From contig MFPH01000034.1 of NCBI GenBank assembly GCA_001782645.1, positions 1-33,050 of the forward strand: a stretch of DNA of 33,050 nucleotides, written 5' to 3'. Of this stretch, positions 8,875 through 19,019 are shown one piece after another. The translations under genes and the position numbers were made by a program. Position 1 is the stretch's first letter; the number at the start of each line of letters is the position of its first letter. Under the pieces are notes generated by a model. The model made no database searches, was not told the origin of the DNA, and worked only from the letters and a program-made list of their open reading frames with translations. The DNA is from Candidatus Levybacteria bacterium RIFCSPLOWO2_12_FULL_37_14. Its GTDB lineage: Bacteria; Patescibacteriota; Microgenomatia; Levybacterales; UBA12049.

Positions 8875-10092
8875 ATGGGATATACAAAAGAAGCAATTAA
8901 AGGGGTTTCCTGGCTTGGGGCGTTTAGACTGTTTGCTCGTGTACTTTCCTTTTTGCGGACAATAATAGTTGCCCGCATTCTCTCTCCGGCACAATTTGGC
9001 GTTTATGGAATTGCCGCTCTTGCTCTGTCGCTTATTGAAATATTGACGGAAACAGGTATAAATGTTTTCTTAGTCCAAAACAAAGATAATATTGGAAAAT
9101 ATATTAGTACAGCCTGGGTTGTTTCAATTATTCGGGGAATTCTAATCTCTTTTTTAATTTTTTCTTCTTCGTTTTTTGTAGCGGAATTTTTTAAAAATCC
9201 GGATACCTTAGCGCTTTTAATGCTGGTCAGCGTTGTTCCGCTTATAAGAGGTTTTATTAATCCGTCTGTTGCTAAATTTCAAAAGGGTTTACAGTTTCAT
9301 AAAGAGTTCTATTATAGATCCGGGATTTTTTTAATTGAAACAATTGCAGCTATTGTATTAATTGTGGTGATGAAAAATCCAATTGCTTTAATTTACAGTC
9401 TTATTGCGGGTGCAATTTTTGAGGTGATCATATCTTTGTTTCTTATTAAGCCCATGCCAATTATTGAATTTAATAAAAAGATTTTTAAGAAAATTATTTC
9501 TCGAGGAAAATGGATTACGGGTGCGGGAATTTTTAGTTATTTATTCCAAAACGCTGATAATGCTGTTGTTGGAAAGATGCTTGGAACAGGGGCTCTTGGA
9601 ATTTACGATATGGCATACAGCATCTCAACGCTTCCTTTAAATGAAATATCGGATATTGTTGCAAGAGTTACTTTTCCCGTATATGTAAAAATGTCTGATG
9701 ACAAAAAAAGATTAAGAAGAGCCTATGTTAGAACAATTCTTTTGACCGTAGGGATGGTATCTCCCATATTATTATTGTTTTTATTATTTCCTGAACAATT
9801 AATCTTATTATTTCTTGGAGAGAATTGGATTCAGGCAGCAGATGTTTTAAGAGTTTTAGCAATTTTCGCAATGTTTAGCGTATTGGGCAGTCCATCTGGC
9901 GCTGTGTTCTATGCGGTAAAAAAACAAAAATACCTTACCGTAATCTCAATTATCAGTTTTGCCGTAATGATTATTTCAATATTTCCGCTTATTAATAAAT
10001 TTGGAATTATCGGTGCGGGAATAGCTGAAATACTAGGGTCTTTAGCAGCCCTCCCTTTTATGTTTTTTTATTTAATTAAGATTTTGAGGTAA
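8875..10092 (+). CDS. wzx: Wzx/MOP-family oligosaccharide flippase (WzxC-like)
   Basis: 'ARILSPAQFG', 'NADNAVVGKMLGTGALGIYDMAY' and 'FGIIGAGIA', with hydrophobic segments throughout. Confidence 0.85.
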   Translation: MGYTKEAIKGVSWLGAFRLFARVLSFLRTIIVARILSPAQFGVYGIAALALSLIEILTETGINVFLVQNKDNIGKYISTAWVVSIIRGILISFLIFSSSFFVAEFFKNPDTLALLMLVSVVPLIRGFINPSVAKFQKGLQFHKEFYYRSGIFLIETIAAIVLIVVMKNPIALIYSLIAGAIFEVIISLFLIKPMPIIEFNKKIFKKIISRGKWITGAGIFSYLFQNADNAVVGKMLGTGALGIYDMAYSISTLPLNEISDIVARVTFPVYVKMSDDKKRLRRAYVRTILLTVGMVSPILLLFLLFPEQLILLFLGENWIQAADVLRVLAIFAMFSVLGSPSGAVFYAVKKQKYLTVISIISFAVMIISIFPLINKFGIIGAGIAEILGSLAALPFMFFYLIKILR

Positions 10093-10096
10093 ATAA

Positions 10097-11008
10097 ATGA
10101 AAAAAAATCCTAAAGAAAGCAAAAAATATCCTCTTGTTACCGTTATTACTCCAACCTACAATCGTGGCTCATTTTTGGAAGAAACAATACTGAGCATATT
10201 GAATCAAGATTATACGAATATCGAATATATAGTCTTGGATGGCGAATCCACTGATAACACACGGGATGTAGTCGAAAAATTTAAAGGAAAAATTATTTGG
10301 GATTCGCATAAAAATATGGGTGAGCAGTGGGCGGTAAACAAAGGTTTCTCGATGGCGCATGGAGAAATCATTGGGGTTGTAAATTCAGATGATCCTTTAC
10401 TGCCCGGAGCTATTTCGGAAATAGTTAGAGCTATGAGAAATAACCCCAAGGCAATTGGAGTTTATCCTGATTGGATTAGAACAGATGGTAACGGAAAAGA
10501 AATAGAAAGGGTTATTCTACCGGATTATAATTATGAATACATGCTGCGAGAACATTGTCTTATCCCCGGCCCTGCAACTTTCTATAGGAAAGTTATTATA
10601 GATAAACTTAAAGGAAGAGATAGGCAATTTAAATACGTGAGCGATTTTGATTTTGTCTTAAGGGCGGGTTTGATCGGCGATTTCGTAAGAATTCCAAAAT
10701 TTTTAGCAACATTCCGTGTGCACCCGAACGCCGCAACTGCATCTAAGAAAGGTTTAGCAATGGCAATGGAACATCTTAGGTTGTTAAACAAATTTTTCTC
10801 TCTTCCCAATCTACCCTCTCATATTAAAAAAATTAAGCACGAGGCTTATGTGAAAGCTTGTGAGGCTGCAAGGATTTGTAGCGGAAATAAATTAAGGACT
10901 AAAATCATCATTTCCCTTATTTCTTTATATTATTCTCCATTACCTTATTTAAAGTTATTTATTAAACATAGATTAAGAAGACTACTTAAACTGCTGAAGA
11001 AAGATTGA
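10097..11008 (+). CDS. Glycosyltransferase family 2
   Basis: 'VTVITPTYN', 'EYIVLDGESTD', 'VNSDD' and 'SDFDF' (WfgS/WcaE-like GT2). Confidence 0.9.
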   Translation: MKKNPKESKKYPLVTVITPTYNRGSFLEETILSILNQDYTNIEYIVLDGESTDNTRDVVEKFKGKIIWDSHKNMGEQWAVNKGFSMAHGEIIGVVNSDDPLLPGAISEIVRAMRNNPKAIGVYPDWIRTDGNGKEIERVILPDYNYEYMLREHCLIPGPATFYRKVIIDKLKGRDRQFKYVSDFDFVLRAGLIGDFVRIPKFLATFRVHPNAATASKKGLAMAMEHLRLLNKFFSLPNLPSHIKKIKHEAYVKACEAARICSGNKLRTKIIISLISLYYSPLPYLKLFIKHRLRRLLKLLKKD

Positions 11009-11050
11009 CTGTCTGAAATCCACGTTTTTTGCGTTATAATACTAAGGAAT

Positions 11051-12151
11051 ATGAGGATTGCTATTTTTCATGAGCTTGATTCTGGCGGAGCAAGAAGAGC
11101 GGTTTTTGAATTTTCAAAAAGACTTAATAAGCTTTTTGAGGTTGATTTGTATTACGTTGATGAAAAAATGGATAAAGATATTGAAAAGCATATAAATAAA
11201 GCATTTTATTATTCTTTTTATCCCAAGAAGTGGGAGGGAAATAATTGGAGAATAAGATTGTATAAAGATACAATTGAGCTTTGCAATCTTTATAGATTGC
11301 ATAGAAAAATAGCGTCGGACATTAAATCAAAAAAATATGATTATATTTTTGTACATCCTTCGAAATTTACCCAGGCTCCTTTTCTTCTTAGATTATTAAA
11401 AAGCTGTATTTATTATTGTCAGGAACCATTAAGAATAATTTATGATTCATCAATCTCTTCAAATATTAAGGATATTTCTTTTCCGAAGAATTTATATGAA
11501 TTTCTTAATCGTAGACTAAGGAAATGGATTGATTCAGAGAGTTTAAGAAACGCATCAATTATTTTGGCAAATTCAAATTATTCAAAAGAGTTGATTTATA
11601 AATCCTACGGAAGGAAAGCAGCAGTTTGCTATTTGGGGGTAGATGTAAATCTTTTTAAACCGCAAAATTTAAAGAAAACAATAGATGTTCTTTTTATAGG
11701 AAATAAAGATAACGGGTATAACCTTTTGAATAAATTGCCTGAAATCCCCGCAAATAAGATTAATATCCGCGCAATATTTAGAGAAGACGGTAAATTAAGT
11801 GTTTCCGATACGGAGTTGGTGGAAATTTATAATAAATCTAAAGTCTTAGTTGCTTTGAATCATAATGAGCCTTTTGGATTAATATCTCTGGAGGCAATGG
11901 CGTGCGGAATACCTGTTATTGCGGTTGGAGAGGGCGGTTACAACGAGTCTATCATTAATAATAAAACAGGTTTTTTAATTTCAAGAAACCCCGATCAGCT
12001 TTACGCTAAAATTAATTTGATTGTTAATAATGAAAAACTGAGAAACGAAATGGGGAAAAATGATAGGGAAAATATACTAAAAAATTGGACATGGGACAAA
12101 AGTGTAAATAGATTTTTAAAAATAATAAAATATGAAAAATACAAAGATTAA
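11051..12151 (+). CDS. Glycosyltransferase family 4
   Basis: 'SGGA', 'ANSNYS' and the E-X7-E motif 'EPFGLISLEAMACGIPV'. TATAAT lies at 11035-11040 and AAGGA just upstream of the start. Confidence 0.9.
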   Translation: MRIAIFHELDSGGARRAVFEFSKRLNKLFEVDLYYVDEKMDKDIEKHINKAFYYSFYPKKWEGNNWRIRLYKDTIELCNLYRLHRKIASDIKSKKYDYIFVHPSKFTQAPFLLRLLKSCIYYCQEPLRIIYDSSISSNIKDISFPKNLYEFLNRRLRKWIDSESLRNASIILANSNYSKELIYKSYGRKAAVCYLGVDVNLFKPQNLKKTIDVLFIGNKDNGYNLLNKLPEIPANKINIRAIFREDGKLSVSDTELVEIYNKSKVLVALNHNEPFGLISLEAMACGIPVIAVGEGGYNESIINNKTGFLISRNPDQLYAKINLIVNNEKLRNEMGKNDRENILKNWTWDKSVNRFLKIIKYEKYKD

Positions 12152-14351
12152 TGTTTCAATAATAATTGTTAATTATAAAGTTGAGAAGGAATTAATTAGT
12201 TGTATTAATTCAATTCTGAAATCAAAACCTAAAACAACACACGAAATAATTGTTGTTGATAATGATAAGGAAGATAAATTAAAAACGAGTTTAAAGAAAA
12301 TATTTCCTCAAGTTATATATATAAAAAGTAAAAATAATTTAGGATATGGTGGAGGAAATAATTTAGGCGCGCGTTATGCTCAGGGAAAATATTTGTTTTT
12401 TTTAAACCCCGATACGAAAGTCCTGGATGGAGCGTTGGATAATTTATATAATTTCTTTATTAATAATCATAATGTTGGAATTATCTCTCCGCTTTTTCTT
12501 GATAATAATTTAAAACCTTTTAAGTCCCAAGGATCAAAAGAATTAACTCCAAAAAATATTATATTTTGCCAGTCATTTTTAAGGAAAATATTTTCAAATA
12601 AAAATATTTACAACGAAAATGCATTAATTGACTGGGATTTAAAATCTTCGAGGAAAGTTTCTTCGGTTCCCGGCGCAGCGATGATGGTAAGTTCAAATCT
12701 TTTTAGAAGAATGGAGGGATTTGATGAAAACTTCTTTCTTTATTTTGAAGAAAACGATATCTCAAAAAGAATTAGCGGTCTTGGTTACAAATTATTTATT
12801 GTTCCATCGGCAAAGATTATCCATCTGGTTGGCAGAAGTACAAAGAATTTGAATAATATAGAAAATGTTTATTCAAAGAGCAGATATTTATATTTAAAAA
12901 AACACTATGGATTACTTAAAGCTATATTTACGCAAATGATCTTATCTATTAATAGAACATTTATATCCTTATTTTTAATTTTAGCTTTAGCTTTTTTTCT
13001 AAGGATTATCAACATAGAGAAAACGATGCCATTTATAGGTGATCAGGGATGGTTCTATCTATCAGCTAGGGATATGCTTATAAATGGCCAAATTCCGCTT
13101 GTAGGCATTGCTTCAAGCCATCCATGGCTTCACCAGGGTCCGCTATGGACATATTTGCTTGCAGGTGTTTTTTGGCTTTTTGGGTTCAATCCGCTAAACG
13201 GGGCATATTTAACAATTATATTGGGAATACTTTCGGTTTTAATGGTATGTGTTGTTGGGTCAGAGATGTTCTCTAAAAGAATAGGATTATTTTCTGCCCT
13301 TCTCTACGCAACATCTCCTCTTGTTGTTATTCATTCCCGCACTCCTTATCATACAAGTCCTATTTCTTTGTTTACGCTTCTTTTTATTTTGTCATTGTAC
13401 AGATGGATAAAAGGAAATAATATTTATTTTCCACTGTCAATTTTATTTTTAGCAATTTTATATAATTTAGAGTTAGCCACGTCTACGTTGTGGATTGTAT
13501 TATTTATTATCCTGTTGTATGGGGTATGGAAGAAAAAAGAATGGGTTCATAAATTATTTAATAAAAAAATATTAATATATTCGGCCATAGCATTCTTAAT
13601 TCCAATGCTGCCGATTTTAATTTATGACTTCAATCATGATTTTCCGCAAACCTTAGGATTTATTCTGTGGATAGGCTACAGAATCCTAAAATTTTTTGGT
13701 TTTCCCAGTATTCATGGTGAAATTGACTCAGCGAATATGAATTCAATGGTTGCCTTTTCTTTCCGTTATTACCAAAATTTAATTTTTGCTGAAAATAATA
13801 TAATTACTTTCATAATTTTAATATTAAGCTTTGGTACGCTATTTATTCATGCTTATAATTTTTTAAGAAAAAAAGCGCATGAAGTTGGGATTTCACTTTT
13901 AATATTGTGGATATTAATTTCTCTTGCAGGATATTTCGTAAATAAAACATTCTCGGAAGCATATCTTCCGATATTTTTTCCGGCCTTAATTTTTTTAGCA
14001 GCTTTTTCTTTTGACAAAATTATGAAAATAAAAGCATTTTTTATTTCAGTGGTTTTGTTGATTACGCTTATTGTAACTATGAATATCCACTTCATTGTCT
14101 TGTCGGAATATTCCGAAAGAGGATTCAGTTTTTACAATAGATTAGCGATTATTAAAGAAATTGTTAGGAGTGCTGATGGGAGAGAATATAACATTGTAGG
14201 CATTGGAGATGGCAGTCAGTTTGAAACCTTTACTATGAACTATCAATATCTTGCGTGGTGGTTAGGGAATTCTTCTTCGAAAATTCCTCAAAAATTAAAG
14301 TACATTATTCAGGAAAATAAAAGCGGTATATTCTTGATAAAAAATGAATAA
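12132..14351 (+). CDS. GT2 (WbbL/rhamnosyltransferase-like) fused to a GT-C (PMT_2/ArnT-like) domain
   Basis: 'SIIIVNY', 'NLGYGGGNN', 'FLNPD' and 'FDENFFLYFEEND'; then a TM domain with 'FIGDQGWFY...PLVG...HQGPLWTYL' and 'ALLYATSP'. Confidence 0.85.
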   Translation: MKNTKINVSIIIVNYKVEKELISCINSILKSKPKTTHEIIVVDNDKEDKLKTSLKKIFPQVIYIKSKNNLGYGGGNNLGARYAQGKYLFFLNPDTKVLDGALDNLYNFFINNHNVGIISPLFLDNNLKPFKSQGSKELTPKNIIFCQSFLRKIFSNKNIYNENALIDWDLKSSRKVSSVPGAAMMVSSNLFRRMEGFDENFFLYFEENDISKRISGLGYKLFIVPSAKIIHLVGRSTKNLNNIENVYSKSRYLYLKKHYGLLKAIFTQMILSINRTFISLFLILALAFFLRIINIEKTMPFIGDQGWFYLSARDMLINGQIPLVGIASSHPWLHQGPLWTYLLAGVFWLFGFNPLNGAYLTIILGILSVLMVCVVGSEMFSKRIGLFSALLYATSPLVVIHSRTPYHTSPISLFTLLFILSLYRWIKGNNIYFPLSILFLAILYNLELATSTLWIVLFIILLYGVWKKKEWVHKLFNKKILIYSAIAFLIPMLPILIYDFNHDFPQTLGFILWIGYRILKFFGFPSIHGEIDSANMNSMVAFSFRYYQNLIFAENNIITFIILILSFGTLFIHAYNFLRKKAHEVGISLLILWILISLAGYFVNKTFSEAYLPIFFPALIFLAAFSFDKIMKIKAFFISVVLLITLIVTMNIHFIVLSEYSERGFSFYNRLAIIKEIVRSADGREYNIVGIGDGSQFETFTMNYQYLAWWLGNSSSKIPQKLKYIIQENKSGIFLIKNE

Positions 14352-15882
14352 GCGGTTAATAATTCTATTTATTTTTTTATTTTCCCTCTCATTAAGACTT
14401 TGGAATATTAATGAAATGGGAAGAACTTGGGATGAAGCAGAATACACGGAGCAGGGGTATAGGATGGTCGAGCTTCTAAAGAAAGGAGATTTTAACAATA
14501 GTTACTTTTATACAACCTATGATCATCCGCCTTTAGTAAAGTATCTTTACGGAATTGCTGCTCATTTTGATGTGGAGAAATATTTATCAAATGGAGAAGT
14601 AATTCTAAAATACGATTTAACTTATTCAAGAATTCTTTCAGCTATTTTGTTTAGTTTGGGCGTATCGATAGTCGTTCTTATTGGATGGAAAATATTTTCT
14701 CAAACTGTTGGTATTTTTTCCGGAATAATTCTTGCAATGCTGCCATTTTCACTGGGACTTTCTCAGCTCGTAACTACAGAGAGCTTGAAAATATTTATTT
14801 ATCCTTTGACAATTTATGCCTATATTTTGTTGCTTGAAAAATTTTCCTGGAAAAAGGTATTAATTTCAGGAATAATAACCGGAGTTGCATTGCAAGCAAA
14901 GCAGTCGAATTTCTTACTCATTCCAATGCTGGGCTTGATATTTTTTATTCAATATTTTAAGTTAAAAACAAAAGAAAAAATAATTTTTGCAAAAACAAGG
15001 ATTAAGGCGATTATAGCGATATCGTTAATTGGGTTATGCGTTTTTGTGCTTATTTGGCCACAGATTTTGTTTCATTTTAAGGAAGTTTATGCGATTCATA
15101 ATGATACTTGGAGTGTTAGATTTTCTCCCAAAATTTGGCAAATTACACTTTCTCCTCCTGAAATTTTCTTTGGAAGACTAATGTTAGCGCCAATTTTCTA
15201 TTATATTATCTATTTTTTTATTACAATACCTGTTCTTATCTTATTTTTATTTTTTGTGGGGGTAAGACAAGTGTTTGAAAAAAAGAGCATTTATTTATTT
15301 TCAATTTTACTTTGGTTTCTCTTACCGTTTAGTCTTTCAATATATTCTTGGAGACAGCATGGCTTAAGATATATTATTGAAATTTATCCTGCACTGGCGA
15401 TAATTTCAGCGATAGGATTTGAAACTTTAACTAAAAAGCTTGCTAGAGGTCAACTTTATAGATTTTTATTGTTTTTGCCAATTGTTGCATATCTATTTAT
15501 TTCCCTTTGGTTTATAAAGCCTTATTATCTTGATTACTTCAATGAATTGGTCGGAGGAGTAAATACTGTTTATAGGTATAATTTTTTTCAAACAGGTTGG
15601 TGGGGACAAGGACTAAGGGAAGCAGGATTGTATTTGAAAAACAAAGCTGCTGTAGGTTCAAAAATAGGGCTAGCTATTTCTCCTAAGCACACTATGCCGA
15701 GGCTTGATGGCTTAGATTATTCTGATTGGTCGGTTGATAAGAAATATGATTATGTTGTAGTCAATAATTACCATATAATCCGCGACGGGTTTAGTGCGGC
15801 AGAAATAAAAAAGAATTATACGCCAATATATTTTGTAAAAGCAGATAAGGCAATCTTAGTTACAGTTTATAAATTAAAATAA
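14344..15882 (+). CDS. GT-C glycosyltransferase (PMT/ArnT-like, family 39/83-like)
   Basis: 'LRLWNI...TWDEAEY', 'DHPPLVKYL', multiple TM segments and 'RYII'. Confidence 0.85.
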   Translation: MNKRLIILFIFLFSLSLRLWNINEMGRTWDEAEYTEQGYRMVELLKKGDFNNSYFYTTYDHPPLVKYLYGIAAHFDVEKYLSNGEVILKYDLTYSRILSAILFSLGVSIVVLIGWKIFSQTVGIFSGIILAMLPFSLGLSQLVTTESLKIFIYPLTIYAYILLLEKFSWKKVLISGIITGVALQAKQSNFLLIPMLGLIFFIQYFKLKTKEKIIFAKTRIKAIIAISLIGLCVFVLIWPQILFHFKEVYAIHNDTWSVRFSPKIWQITLSPPEIFFGRLMLAPIFYYIIYFFITIPVLILFLFFVGVRQVFEKKSIYLFSILLWFLLPFSLSIYSWRQHGLRYIIEIYPALAIISAIGFETLTKKLARGQLYRFLLFLPIVAYLFISLWFIKPYYLDYFNELVGGVNTVYRYNFFQTGWWGQGLREAGLYLKNKAAVGSKIGLAISPKHTMPRLDGLDYSDWSVDKKYDYVVVNNYHIIRDGFSAAEIKKNYTPIYFVKADKAILVTVYKLK

Positions 15883-15885
15883 TTC

Positions 15886-17742
15886 ATGGATTTTAGTAAT
15901 TATATTACAGTATTTAATAATGTCCCGAAGAACACGTCATATTTAATAGGTGATTTTATTGGATTTGAATTTCATATAGATAAGGTTGTGGGCATTGTCA
16001 TTAATATCTTAATCGCCCTGATTTTTATAGCAATTTACTATTTGATTGGAAGAAAGATAAGGATATTTTTATTTAAAAATATTGATTGTAAAAATTTTCA
16101 TAACTTTGTTAACGTTGCTTTAGGATATATTTTTGTAAACTCAGCATTAGCGATTCTCGGTTTACTTTCCCTGCTTTATCCTACGGTTTTGTGGTTATAT
16201 ATCATTACAATTCTTTTTATTTCAATTTATCCATACCGTACGCTAAAAAATAGTATGGTTGAATTGCGTAGTTCTGTCAGCGAAACAAAAAGAATTTTAA
16301 ATGAAAATAAATGGGTTTTCTTTGGAGTGATTTTATTCGTTTTTATTGCGTTTCTGCGTTTGATTCCTCCTGAAATTGGAGAGGATGCAATAGGATATCA
16401 CACAAGCGATCCATATTTATTCCTAAAGAATCACACAACAGTGCTTAAGCATTCCTACGTGGCAATGCCAGCTCCTCATCTTGGCGAAATGACATATACC
16501 ATATCGGAATTTATAGGATTTAAGGATTCAACAAGGTATATTCATTTTTCATTTTATTTTCTAGTAGTGTTCCTTTTGATGCTTGTTAGTCCGTATGGCG
16601 CGCTACTTTTCGTAACTGCTCCGGTTATTATTCAAATATCCTCAAAAGCAAATGTAGATTTTCAGTGGATTCTCTGCTGGTTACTCTCAATATTCCTTGT
16701 TACTCAAAGCAAACAAAGAGGAATAAAGAACATGATATTGATAGGAATATTATTCGGCGGGGTACTGGCTTCGAAATTATGGACAATTGCCTTTTCCCCT
16801 CTTTTTATCTTGTATTTATTAATTATTTATAGGAAATTAAATTTAAAGGCTAAGCTAAGAATGATATTTGCATTTTCTCTGTCTGCTTTTCTAATCAACC
16901 TTGTTTGGCTTTGGCGCTCTTTTATCATAAGCGGTAATCCTTTATATCCTGTGTTCTCAACAATCACATCTTTGGATGGAGGAAGCGGGGCGCTGGGCGC
17001 TGGTAATATTATTGGATTTAACAACCTGATGTTTCGCATGCAAAATATAAGCGTTTTAAGTCCCTTATTTTATTTTGGAATGTTTATTGTTATTCTCCAT
17101 TGGCGTTGCGCATTTAAACTTTTACGCAGGCCTAACTTATCTTTATTTTTTGTTTTTCTTGCTGCCGAATACATTTTCGTAAAATATCATTTTGGAAGGT
17201 ATCTATTGGGCTTGTATTCTTTGGCGGTACTGATTGTATCGATAGGATTAAAAGATTTAATTAAAAAATATAATGTATATAAAATTGTTTTTGTTATGAT
17301 TTATGGTATTTTATTTATTTATTATTTTACAAATACGTTATTAGTTCTTCCTTATGGTTTTGGATGGGCAGACAACAATAGGTATTTAACGAGAATTCTA
17401 TTTAGAGATAATGCAAGTTATTATGATTTTGATCATTTGTTTAGCAAGTGGATTTCAAGTAATGATAAAGTCGCGACATATGGAATATCAGGATATTACT
17501 ATGCGGACTTTGACTATATAGATATATATTATATTTTCGGAAAAAACAATAAATCGTTTGATTTACTTATGGAAAAAAACGTAACAAAATTACTCATAAA
17601 AGGAGGGGACATTTTTTGGTTTTGCGAATCATTAAGTTTGCAAAACTGTTCTTCAAACAAAGTTAAATTGCTGGTCAGTTATCCTGAGGGTATAGGAAAA
17701 TACAATCTTTACAGTATATCAGAATCTACCAGATTGCCATAA
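15886..17742 (+). CDS. GT-C-fold membrane protein
   Basis: 'PEIGEDAIGYH', 'ASKL', 'SGNPLYP' and 'GRYLL'. It shares these motifs with 20521-22101. Confidence 0.7.
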   Translation: MDFSNYITVFNNVPKNTSYLIGDFIGFEFHIDKVVGIVINILIALIFIAIYYLIGRKIRIFLFKNIDCKNFHNFVNVALGYIFVNSALAILGLLSLLYPTVLWLYIITILFISIYPYRTLKNSMVELRSSVSETKRILNENKWVFFGVILFVFIAFLRLIPPEIGEDAIGYHTSDPYLFLKNHTTVLKHSYVAMPAPHLGEMTYTISEFIGFKDSTRYIHFSFYFLVVFLLMLVSPYGALLFVTAPVIIQISSKANVDFQWILCWLLSIFLVTQSKQRGIKNMILIGILFGGVLASKLWTIAFSPLFILYLLIIYRKLNLKAKLRMIFAFSLSAFLINLVWLWRSFIISGNPLYPVFSTITSLDGGSGALGAGNIIGFNNLMFRMQNISVLSPLFYFGMFIVILHWRCAFKLLRRPNLSLFFVFLAAEYIFVKYHFGRYLLGLYSLAVLIVSIGLKDLIKKYNVYKIVFVMIYGILFIYYFTNTLLVLPYGFGWADNNRYLTRILFRDNASYYDFDHLFSKWISSNDKVATYGISGYYYADFDYIDIYYIFGKNNKSFDLLMEKNVTKLLIKGGDIFWFCESLSLQNCSSNKVKLLVSYPEGIGKYNLYSISESTRLP

Positions 17743-17762
17743 GGTAACGATTTTTATATAAT
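17734..17762 (+). promoter_or_regulatory. Putative sigma70 promoter for the C-methyltransferase
   Basis: TTGCCA (17734-17739), a 17-nt spacer, then TATAAT (17757-17762), 12 nt before the ATG at 17775. Confidence 0.6.
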
Positions 17763-17774
17763 AAATGAAAATTA

Positions 17775-19019
17775 ATGCACTTAATGAAACATTATAATTA
17801 CAAGTCTTTGGAAATTAAAAAATGTCGAGCATGTGACTCATCAGCGCTTGAAGATATTTTATCTTTGGGCACTCAATATTTATCCGACTTTACAATAGGT
17901 AATAAAAAGCCCGAGAAATATCCGCTAAGCATAATGCTTTGTAATGATTGCAGTTTATTGCAATTAAAACACAATGTTCCGCAGTCTTCATTGTACACGG
18001 AAAGATACGGATATAAATCAGGAATGAATCTCACTATGCGGAAAGAATTGAAGGAAATAGTTGATAAAACACTTAGTAAATTGAAACAAAAAGAAGATAT
18101 GACGGCGGTAGATATTGGAGCAAATGACGGAACGCTTTTAAGCAACTACTCAGATAAAGTTTTTAAAATTGGAATAGAGCCGATTAAAAAATTTGCTAAA
18201 GAGTGCGGATTAAAAGCAAATGTAATAATAAACGATTTTTTTAATTATAAATTGTATTTTAGTAAAGTTGGAAAAAGAAAAGCAGATATTATTACGATTA
18301 TATCGTGTTTCTATGATATGGAAAAACCCAATATTTTCTTGTCGGATGTTAAAAAAATAATGAATGATGATGGAATAATTACCATCCAGCAGAATTATTT
18401 AGCAAGTATGTTACGCAATAATGCTTTTGATAATATAGTGCATGAACATCTGGAATATTATTCACTGCTCTCATTGGAAAATCTACTTAAAAGACATCAG
18501 CTTGAAATATTTGATATTGAAGAAGATGGGATGAATGGTGGAAGTTTCAGGACTTATATATCCAATATCGGCAAAAGAAAAATATCAAAATCCGTTGTTA
18601 ATATGAGGATTAGGGAGAGAAAAATAAATCTTAAAAACAAAAAAATATATATGGATTTTGCGCAAAAAGTAGAAAAAAACAAAAATAAATTATCCAAACT
18701 AATTTTAAAATTGCTAAAAGAAAATAAAAAGATTTATATTTATGGCGCATCTACCAGGGGAAATACTTTATTGCAGTATTGCGGTTTAGACTGTAAATCA
18801 ATTAAAGCAGCTGTAGAAAGAAATTCAGAAAAGTGGGGTAAAAAAATTGCCTCGGTTGGTGTGCCAATAATTTCCGAAGAACAAGCAAGAATAGAAAAGC
18901 CTGATTATATGTTAGTTTTGCCTTGGTTTTTCAGGGAGGAATTTTTAAGACGAGAAAAAAAATATCTTCAAGACGGAGGACATTTTATTTTTCCCTTACC
19001 CAAATTAGAGGTTATCTAA
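17775..19019 (+). CDS. NDP-hexose C3-methyltransferase (EryBIII/TylC3-like)
   Basis: Zn domain CRAC...CNDCSLLQL; SAM motif 'DIGANDGTLL'; 'CFYDM'; 'FDNIVHEHLEYYSL'; 'NGGS'; C-terminal 'YGASTRGNTLLQYCGL' and 'PDYMLVLPW'. The start could be 17784. Confidence 0.85.
   Translation: MHLMKHYNYKSLEIKKCRACDSSALEDILSLGTQYLSDFTIGNKKPEKYPLSIMLCNDCSLLQLKHNVPQSSLYTERYGYKSGMNLTMRKELKEIVDKTLSKLKQKEDMTAVDIGANDGTLLSNYSDKVFKIGIEPIKKFAKECGLKANVIINDFFNYKLYFSKVGKRKADIITIISCFYDMEKPNIFLSDVKKIMNDDGIITIQQNYLASMLRNNAFDNIVHEHLEYYSLLSLENLLKRHQLEIFDIEEDGMNGGSFRTYISNIGKRKISKSVVNMRIRERKINLKNKKIYMDFAQKVEKNKNKLSKLILKLLKENKKIYIYGASTRGNTLLQYCGLDCKSIKAAVERNSEKWGKKIASVGVPIISEEQARIEKPDYMLVLPWFFREEFLRREKKYLQDGGHFIFPLPKLEVI

Noticed and set aside
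11005..11040. TTGACT as the -35 for TATAAT upstream of the GT4 gene
   Set aside because: The spacer is 24 nt, too long; only the -10 element is credible.
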